A stretch of DNA of 32,000 nt, taken from assembly GCA_008080745.1 (NCBI GenBank), contig SHMX01000001.1, forward strand, positions 60,001 to 92,000, in the 5' to 3' direction. Below the pieces are notes generated by a model that searched no databases, was not told the origin of the DNA, and saw only the letters and a program-made list of their open reading frames with translations. Each line of letters starts with the position of its first letter. Position 1 is the stretch's first letter. The position numbers and the translations under genes are program-made. Source of the DNA: Candidatus Thorarchaeota archaeon (GTDB lineage Archaea > Asgardarchaeota > Thorarchaeia > Thorarchaeales > Thorarchaeaceae). This document shows positions 18,036 through 24,643 of the stretch, piece after piece.

Positions 18036-18052
18036 ATGAGTATGATACTCAT
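18036..18052. promoter_or_regulatory. Perfect 17-bp palindrome, candidate transcription-factor operator
   Basis: ATGAGTAT-G-ATACTCAT directly abuts the 5' stem of the C/D sRNA and lies 66-82 nt upstream of the divergent M20 gene. Confidence 0.55.
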
Positions 18053-18124
18053 GCAGGCCAATGATGTTATTACCCCTGTCTGACCTGAAATGGAATGATT
18101 ACTCAAGAGCAGACTGAGGCCTGC
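18053..18124 (+). ncRNA. Box C/D methylation-guide sRNA
   Basis: Terminal stem GCAGGCC (18053-59)/GGCCTGC (18118-24); C box ATGATGT (18061-67); 12-nt guide TATTACCCCTGT; D' box CTGA (18080-83); C' box ATGATTA (18095-101); 12-nt guide CTCAAGAGCAGA; D box CTGA (18114-17). Order and spacing are canonical for archaeal C/D sRNAs. Confidence 0.85.
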
Positions 18125-18561
18125 TCTTTTCAATAAGGTGGCTGGGTCCATAGGTCCCAAAAGCACAGTATTTTGTCCTTGATATCATCCATTCTAAGAG
18201 TTTGTGTTTCAATCCGGGCATTGTTATTAAGAAATAAATAGTGTCGGATAGATATCGAGACCCCGCCTCTGTGCTGAATAAAACATTCTCTCAGTTTTAG
18301 AGGTATGGCGTTTATGATTTGATTATGGACCGCAGCCAATTGTTTATTCTCCAATTTGTGGTAGTGGCACGAACTGAGAGATCGCGTTATAACAGATTAG
18401 ACAGGTTCCAGTTATATGCTAACGGATTATCTTGTTCTGCTCTAAAAGCGGTTATAATGTGATGAAAGTATGGTTAGAAAGGGTCTCAATTTTTTTGATT
18501 TGGTTATTTGAAAAGCATAAGATAGTAAGGTCTCTTTAATATACTCACACTAAACAATTGG

Positions 18562-18768
18562 TCATTCCTTAGGTAACCGGTATTGAAAGCCTCTATCAGA
18601 AGCAGATAACGCTCTAGCAGAGATTATTTCTTCACGTCTACTAAGTACAATCGACTCAGAATCTATCTCGAGAACTATTTCTTCGCCTTCTCGAACAAAG
18701 TTCTTGATTTCCTCCCGGGTCATACTACTAAGAATAGATTTAATTTGGTCCGCATATTTTCTTGACAT
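18562..18768 (-). CDS. Small hypothetical protein (68 aa)
   Basis: ATG start, helix-then-strands composition (MTREEIKNFV..EEIVLEIDSESIVL), no competing ORF on either strand, and an AT-rich box about 20-30 nt upstream. Confidence 0.6.
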   Translation of the reverse strand: MSRKYADQIKSILSSMTREEIKNFVREGEEIVLEIDSESIVLSRREEIISARALSASDRGFQYRLPKE

Positions 18769-18801
18769 TTTTTTTCACGGTGCTACGTTATTTTTCAAGG
18801 C

Positions 18802-18862
18802 ATGTATCATGTGAAAATGACACTGAGATTGTGGCACATAGGATATGTATCACATGATACAT
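18802..18862. promoter_or_regulatory. Nested inverted repeats built on ATGTATCA/TGATACAT
   Basis: ATGTATCATGTG (18802-13) is the reverse complement of CACATGATACAT (18851-62). ATGTATCA-CA-TGATACAT (18845-62) is itself palindromic. Confidence 0.5.
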
Positions 18863-18881
18863 TTACCTTTCTATGATATGT

Positions 18882-20357
18882 TCAAGGACGATACGCAAAG
18901 GGGTGTCTAGCAGACTCCTTTCTGAGTTTTACTTCAGAGATACCTTCTCTCCTCTCAATTGCTCGTCTAATTGCAAAACGGACAGCACGGAAGTTGTTTA
19001 TATGTACCCTTTTTGGATTCACAGCATTTGGATGAACAAATACATTTGCTGCAATCACTATGTCCTTGAGAAGTTCTTCAGGAAGAATATGATCTGTGAC
19101 TGTACGATTCACTGCATCAACAACAGCTTGTTGGGCAACGTTGTAGACCATATCTTTGTGTTTCTCGTGAGTAATGGTCACAGTGGGCGCAAATATTGTA
19201 AGTGGTTCAAGGCCGCTGATAATATTTGAACTGTGATATCCTTCTACAGTTTTCCCAGCATTCTCTACTGCTGTTTTGAGTGGCCCGTCTCGTAAACCCA
19301 AGACAAGATCAACATGTGCTACCTCTTGCCCCCCACCACATAAAGCCTCTCCGTGAAGGAATTCAAGACCAGTAATGGTTTCTGGAACCATTCCATGAGC
19401 CTTCGGATAACTTTCTGCAACAAGGATATTGTCACCCTTCTGGAATTTCACAGGACCCCGTTTTATCAGAAGAAGATCTTCCAGACAAGTACGGATTTCG
19501 TCAATATCATCATAAGAAGGTACATCACCTATCAGCAGAGGTTGTCTTGGCGCTCCTACAGTAATTCCCATCATATTGAGGGCAGCTTTGACAATAGCAC
19601 CTCCACCGCGATTAACAATCAATCTCACAGTCTTCTGAATGCTTCTTTGAATAATGAGAGCCTCATTAAGATCGCCTTGAGCTAATTGTGCTTGCATTTT
19701 GATATAGCGGTCAGGAAAAATGTTCGCACTTGCCAGAATAGCACCATCGCACCCGGTAGCAAATGCAGGTAGGGCAACTTCATCATGACCAATTACAACT
19801 TGGAATTCCTCTGGTCTTCGAACAAGAATAGTTGTCAGGTTTACTAAATTACCACTGGAGTCTTTCATTCCAATGATTCCATCCACCTCTCTTAATCCAT
19901 CAATAAGCTTCCAATCCAGCATTACACCCGTTACCTGAGGAATATTATAGAGGAATATTGGCAATTCACAGGCTCGAGCTATCTTCTCATAATGCTCAAA
20001 AATCTCCTTATTCGTAGGTTTGAGGAAATAGGGAGAAACTACTAGAGCTGCATCTGCACCAAATTCAGCCGCACGATGGGTGATTTTAATCGCGTCGTTT
20101 GTGTAGGCAGCTCCAGTCCCTGCTAAAACAGGTACTCGTCCTTTTGCAGCATCACAAGCAATTTTGATTGCCTCAACTTTTTCTTCAAAACGCATACTCG
20201 TGAATTCACCAGTTGTGCCACAAGGCACAATTCCAGTCGCACCTGCTTTAATTACGTAATCAATAAGCGCACGATATTGATCCTCATTAACACCATCCTC
20301 ATCAAAGGGGGTTACAAGTGCTGGGAAAACACCTTTGAATTTAAAATCCTTTGCCAT
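18882..20357 (-). CDS. DapA-family class I aldolase fused to a formaldehyde-activating enzyme (Fae) domain, paralog B
   Basis: PALVTPF, CGTTGEF, LYNIP, GMKDSS (Schiff-base Lys). C-terminal GEALCGGGQEVAHVDL...VFVHP...NNFRAVRFAIRRA aligns with Fae (GEALVGDGNEVAHIDL...VFIHW...YNYEATKLSIQRA). ATG 20357 follows GGAGGT. Confidence 0.88.
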   Translation of the reverse strand: MAKDFKFKGVFPALVTPFDEDGVNEDQYRALIDYVIKAGATGIVPCGTTGEFTSMRFEEKVEAIKIACDAAKGRVPVLAGTGAAYTNDAIKITHRAAEFGADAALVVSPYFLKPTNKEIFEHYEKIARACELPIFLYNIPQVTGVMLDWKLIDGLREVDGIIGMKDSSGNLVNLTTILVRRPEEFQVVIGHDEVALPAFATGCDGAILASANIFPDRYIKMQAQLAQGDLNEALIIQRSIQKTVRLIVNRGGGAIVKAALNMMGITVGAPRQPLLIGDVPSYDDIDEIRTCLEDLLLIKRGPVKFQKGDNILVAESYPKAHGMVPETITGLEFLHGEALCGGGQEVAHVDLVLGLRDGPLKTAVENAGKTVEGYHSSNIISGLEPLTIFAPTVTITHEKHKDMVYNVAQQAVVDAVNRTVTDHILPEELLKDIVIAANVFVHPNAVNPKRVHINNFRAVRFAIRRAIERREGISEVKLRKESARHPFAYRP

Positions 20358-20362
20358 TGAAT

Positions 20363-21763
20363 TTACCTCCATATCTCTCCTAGAGCTACAGAAACAGCTT
20401 CTTCTGCTGCATGAGTTATCGCTCTTCGATCCCGAGAGTTAAGGTCGACATCCATAGCCATAATCATCACGTATTTCTCAATTTTTTCTTCAGGAATCTT
20501 GTTTGACTTCAATAATTCTGAAACCGCCTTTGCCGCTCCAGACTGAACAGGTCCATAGAATAAGGAGGCTTGACGCATTGAACGAATCTGTCTCATGGGT
20601 AGCATCAAGCTGCTTGGCCGTACTCGGAGATTGGGTTCAAGAATAATCGATAATGCCTCATAACCAATCTTTGGAGTGGTTAGCAGTCTGACAAATACTT
20701 CTCCTAGAGGACCGTCAGCTAGACCAGAAATCACGCTTGCGGATACAATATCGTTTGCACCATTACCAATACCCATATCGCCCAACGAATCCTTAGCAAC
20801 ACCATAATCTGATACGAGGTCTCTCATATCAACCGCTTTTACTAAATCTGGATGTTGCAGGGGTTTAATGAGTTTCAGTTTCTCAAGTTCAATCCGAACT
20901 TCTTCTCGAAGTTCACGGGTAAGAGTACCACCAGTATTTAGTGGCATTCGATCCCGCCCAGCATTGATACCCATCATCCTCAAAGCTGCCTTTGCAGGTG
21001 GGGCACCGCCATTTCGAGTGATAATTCTTGAAAGAGTTTGAACAGAATGCTGTAATTGCATTGCCTCGTCAAATTTCCCTTTTTTGACCTTATCCATGAT
21101 ATCCAACCAGATGTGGGGGATAACATTTGCCGATGCAAGAATAGCTGCACTGGCTCCTGCGGCGATGGCGGATAAGAAGCACTCATCATGACCAATCAAT
21201 ACAGGAATCTTATTTTTGACCTTTTCAATTAGATCCAGTGTATGGGGAATGTTTCCACTACTGTCTTTTATTCCCACAACATTATCAACTTCAACAAGAT
21301 CCTCAACAAGTGAGCTATTAAGAACACCCAAGGTACATTGTGGAATGTTGTAGAGAATAATGGGAAGATCACTCTTTCTAGCTACGGTCTCATAATGTTC
21401 ATAGTAGCCTTTGTCAGAGGGACGCAAATAGAAGGGAGAAATGACCAGGGCTGCATCACATCCAATGTCTGCAGCAAATTTCGTCAGCGCAACTGTTGCC
21501 TTGGTACTATTTTGTCCAGTTCCTGCAACTATGGGAACTCTGCCATCAACGAATTCCACTGCAAGTTTTAGCAGTTTCTTTCGTTCTTCAGTTCGCATGT
21601 AGACGAATTCACCAGTTGTTCCAGCTGGAACAACACCTGTCGCACCATTTTCAATGGTGTAATCGATTACTTCTCTGAAACCTTCTTCCATGATGTCGCC
21701 GTCTTTGGTGAAAGGTGTCACCAGTGCGGGCATCACTCCTTTAGGAATGAATTTCTTTGACAT
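20363..21763 (-). CDS. DapA-family class I aldolase fused to a Fae-like domain, paralog A
   Basis: PALVTPF, AGTTGEF, PFY, LYNIP, GIKDSS. C-terminal GPLGEVF...EPNLRVRPSSLM...RQASLFYGPVQSGAAKAV aligns with Fae (PNLPCKPNTLM...RQAVQMFGPAQHGVAMAV). Confidence 0.88.
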   Translation of the reverse strand: MSKKFIPKGVMPALVTPFTKDGDIMEEGFREVIDYTIENGATGVVPAGTTGEFVYMRTEERKKLLKLAVEFVDGRVPIVAGTGQNSTKATVALTKFAADIGCDAALVISPFYLRPSDKGYYEHYETVARKSDLPIILYNIPQCTLGVLNSSLVEDLVEVDNVVGIKDSSGNIPHTLDLIEKVKNKIPVLIGHDECFLSAIAAGASAAILASANVIPHIWLDIMDKVKKGKFDEAMQLQHSVQTLSRIITRNGGAPPAKAALRMMGINAGRDRMPLNTGGTLTRELREEVRIELEKLKLIKPLQHPDLVKAVDMRDLVSDYGVAKDSLGDMGIGNGANDIVSASVISGLADGPLGEVFVRLLTTPKIGYEALSIILEPNLRVRPSSLMLPMRQIRSMRQASLFYGPVQSGAAKAVSELLKSNKIPEEKIEKYVMIMAMDVDLNSRDRRAITHAAEEAVSVALGEIWR

Positions 21764-21832
21764 GGGAATCAGCCAGCAATACCATCGAGCTTACCTCTTG
21801 CATATAAATCCAGCCCACTATACAGTTACAAC

Positions 21833-22159
21833 ATGAAAGAATACATACTTGCAATAACGACATGTCCAAAAGACGAGTCTAAAGACCTTGCAGATGCCCT
21901 GGTCAAATCAAAAAAATGTGCATGTGTTAACATAATACCGGGAATCAAGAGTATATATCATTGGAGGGGCAGTATTGAGACCGGAGAGGAATCAATACTC
22001 CTAATGAAGACAGAGAAAGAGCTCTCGAATGAACTCTGGGATATTCTCAAAGAACACCATTCGTATGAAGTACCTGAATTCGTAATTATTCCAATAGCAG
22101 GAGGATCTGAAGCGTACCTCAAGTGGATTTCAGAATCGGTAAGGAATGGTCCAGAATAG
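21833..22159 (+). CDS. cutA: Divalent-cation tolerance protein CutA
   Basis: LVKSKKCACVNI, SIYHWRG, EESILLMKT, HSYEVPE, YLKWI. Confidence 0.95.
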   Translation: MKEYILAITTCPKDESKDLADALVKSKKCACVNIIPGIKSIYHWRGSIETGEESILLMKTEKELSNELWDILKEHHSYEVPEFVIIPIAGGSEAYLKWISESVRNGPE

Positions 22160-22177
22160 TAGGACCACTCCATATTA

Positions 22178-24643
22178 TTAAGCAAAATCGACTCTACGTG
22201 CTGCATAAACAAGTGACTCGTTGAAGTATTTACCAATAAGTTTTGCAATTACTGGTCCCACAATATAGTTAATGTCACCAGGCATCATGGCAGAGATGTT
22301 GGTTTTTCTAGAGAGTTTGCCCTTTCTTCTCAACGCGTTAATCTCTCTTCGTATAATATTTCGTGCTTCTTCGAGGGTCATAGGTGTAGCAGTTGGTCCA
22401 ATTAAGCCATCTTTGATATCGGATATCGCACGTTGAACAAACACTGAAAGGTTGTCAATATCATCAGCATTAACCATGTGTGCTTTGCCATGGGTTTCAC
22501 AATCACCCTCTTTGGGTGTACTGCCACAAATACGACAGAAGGGTCTTCCGCGATGCATCTTAACATAATATGCCAAAAGGTTAGCACATTTTGCATCATC
22601 TGTTGCGGTCCATTCAAGACCTTTCGTACCGACTCGTCCTATAGCTCTGAACACGGTGTGACTTTTCGTATATATCCAAATAAGTGGACTGAGAGAGGCT
22701 CGTTTTCGTTCAGCAATAAGCTCTTCTTCGATTTTTGCCTGAACTGCAGCCTCTTCTTTTTCCATCTTCTTAACCCGTTCTCGTTTAAGGAATCGTTGCA
22801 TCACATCAAATGCAATAGTATAGTTGTCAAATTCTAATTTATCGACATTCAATGGTTTATCAATGACCCCTGTGAAAAGTGGACTTGGAGTAGTACGTAA
22901 TAGTTTATCAGCATGTTCCATATCACGGTTTGATAACCTAGCATGGAACCATGCAGATATTGATGCAGCATGAAGGTGTGGATGGACTGTCTTCATCTCG
23001 TATATTCTCTCCTGAGTCAAGTCGATTAGAATCTCCTCACGAAGGTTCTGTAGATGAGTATCCGCATCCTCATAGATGCTCTTCAGTAACGCCTTTGTTC
23101 TTAGAAGATCTTGCTTTGAACGATGATAAGTTTCTACAACCCTTACAACTGGTGTAAGTGTTGGAATTATCGCATACCATGCTAAATCATCACGTAAAGC
23201 TACCATGGTTTCGCTCTGAATTCTCTGATGACTCATATCTGATGCAGAACTAACACCCATGGACTTTAGAGCTCCACTTTTTACTAATTCTCTTGCTTCC
23301 AAGAGTTTCTTTACTTCATCTGGAGGGGGAACACGCATCTTCTTCTTGAGAGCTTCTAAGACGGGAACCTCCATTCCAAGTAAGCTTTTTCGATCTTTGG
23401 TAAGAAATGTGATGTCAATCTTATCTAACTCAGAGGCTCGAAGTCCCCTTGCTTTTAGCATACCCTTAACAGGTTTCTCAAGAGTCTGCTCTAATTTATC
23501 AATGGTTTTAAGAGATCTTTCAAGACGTTCTAATTCTTCCTTAGTGAAAGCTGGAGCTTCAGGCTGTCCTTCGGGTTTAATCTCCGTTTCTGCGCCAACA
23601 TCCTTAGAAGCTTGTAATAGGCCCGCAACCAGTTCTTCTACTGAACGTATTCCTTTACGTCCTAGAGTGGATTGGGAAGTACCAGGAGGGGTATTAGTGT
23701 AATAATCCAGAATGTCAAATGCAATTTGTGAGTACTCTTGTAGAACCTGTGCGAATCTCTCTGCGACAAATGCTCCCAATTCAGATTCAAGTTTTTCAAT
23801 TGTATAGGATTCTTTCAATTTGCTCTCAATAAAATCTAGGATTTCAATCCGAAGTGCATGAACAGTCTTTGCAATGTTTGTTTCTATTGTACCTTTACAC
23901 AAGTTGTCAATAACCGTGTCAACAATGTGTTTCCAAGCCTCTGAATTTATCGCAGAAGGCGTTATTGTACTTCGAAGATATGTTGTTTCTCCAATAATCT
24001 GTTCAATTCCCCGTTTCAATACGGATATTTCTACAATTTCTTGATCGTGAGGACGGGTGAGTTCATCAATTAGAGAAAGTGAGCTTTCCTTCAGACCTGA
24101 AGCCTTGATGTATAATTCTTCACGCCATTTATCCGCCCATCCTGTAATTGCATTGAGAAAGTCAACTCTACAGTTAGGAGAATACTCGCTCGGTATGTTC
24201 GTGAGATATTCTTTGATGAGATCAGATACTCTACTACGAGCTGTATCATCTGTCGATGCAGTAGTGTAATCATTACAAAAGGTAATCACAAATTCACTGA
24301 TAGTTTTGAGAGTATGGAGACCCTCATTGTATCGTTTGTCTAACACAAGCTTAATCTCTTCCCGGAGAAGAGTCTGTTCATCCTTTGCGACCTTTTCTTT
24401 CTCTTCTGCAGGAACATCTCCTGATTCCTCATAGCTGATTACAATAGTACCCTGATATGTATGAAGATAAAAAGCTGCGAATTCACGTATGAGATCTTCA
24501 AGGAATACCGCACCATCAAGTCTTCGTTTGAATAATTGACGGTCTCGGGAGCTCCGCATATGGGTTACCAAGGCCTCACCAAGAAAAATCTCTTTTCCAG
24601 CCTCACTCATCTGACGGGTCTTGACTAACCAATTGCTAGACAT
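22178..24643 (-). CDS. Large hypothetical alpha-helical protein (821 aa) with a C-terminal CxxC..CxxH Zn-binding motif
   Basis: Uninterrupted 2.4-kb ORF containing CRICG...CETHG near the C-terminus. Its ATG abuts the upstream stop (TAAATG) and follows GAGGAGG. Confidence 0.8.
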   Translation of the reverse strand: MSSNWLVKTRQMSEAGKEIFLGEALVTHMRSSRDRQLFKRRLDGAVFLEDLIREFAAFYLHTYQGTIVISYEESGDVPAEEKEKVAKDEQTLLREEIKLVLDKRYNEGLHTLKTISEFVITFCNDYTTASTDDTARSRVSDLIKEYLTNIPSEYSPNCRVDFLNAITGWADKWREELYIKASGLKESSLSLIDELTRPHDQEIVEISVLKRGIEQIIGETTYLRSTITPSAINSEAWKHIVDTVIDNLCKGTIETNIAKTVHALRIEILDFIESKLKESYTIEKLESELGAFVAERFAQVLQEYSQIAFDILDYYTNTPPGTSQSTLGRKGIRSVEELVAGLLQASKDVGAETEIKPEGQPEAPAFTKEELERLERSLKTIDKLEQTLEKPVKGMLKARGLRASELDKIDITFLTKDRKSLLGMEVPVLEALKKKMRVPPPDEVKKLLEARELVKSGALKSMGVSSASDMSHQRIQSETMVALRDDLAWYAIIPTLTPVVRVVETYHRSKQDLLRTKALLKSIYEDADTHLQNLREEILIDLTQERIYEMKTVHPHLHAASISAWFHARLSNRDMEHADKLLRTTPSPLFTGVIDKPLNVDKLEFDNYTIAFDVMQRFLKRERVKKMEKEEAAVQAKIEEELIAERKRASLSPLIWIYTKSHTVFRAIGRVGTKGLEWTATDDAKCANLLAYYVKMHRGRPFCRICGSTPKEGDCETHGKAHMVNADDIDNLSVFVQRAISDIKDGLIGPTATPMTLEEARNIIRREINALRRKGKLSRKTNISAMMPGDINYIVGPVIAKLIGKYFNESLVYAARRVDFA

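Noticed and set aside
18102-18113. D guide targeting a tRNA-Ser(UGA) anticodon arm or LSU helix 69-70
   Set aside because: The tRNA parse puts the D+5 methyl at position 30, which is atypical; the rRNA match is only about 7 of 12; the guide is better explained by pairing with its own 3' flank.
18882-21763. Annotation as ordinary dapA (lysine biosynthesis) genes
   Set aside because: Both lack the Arg138 equivalent, carry Fae domains and have no dapB/asd/lysC neighbours in the window.
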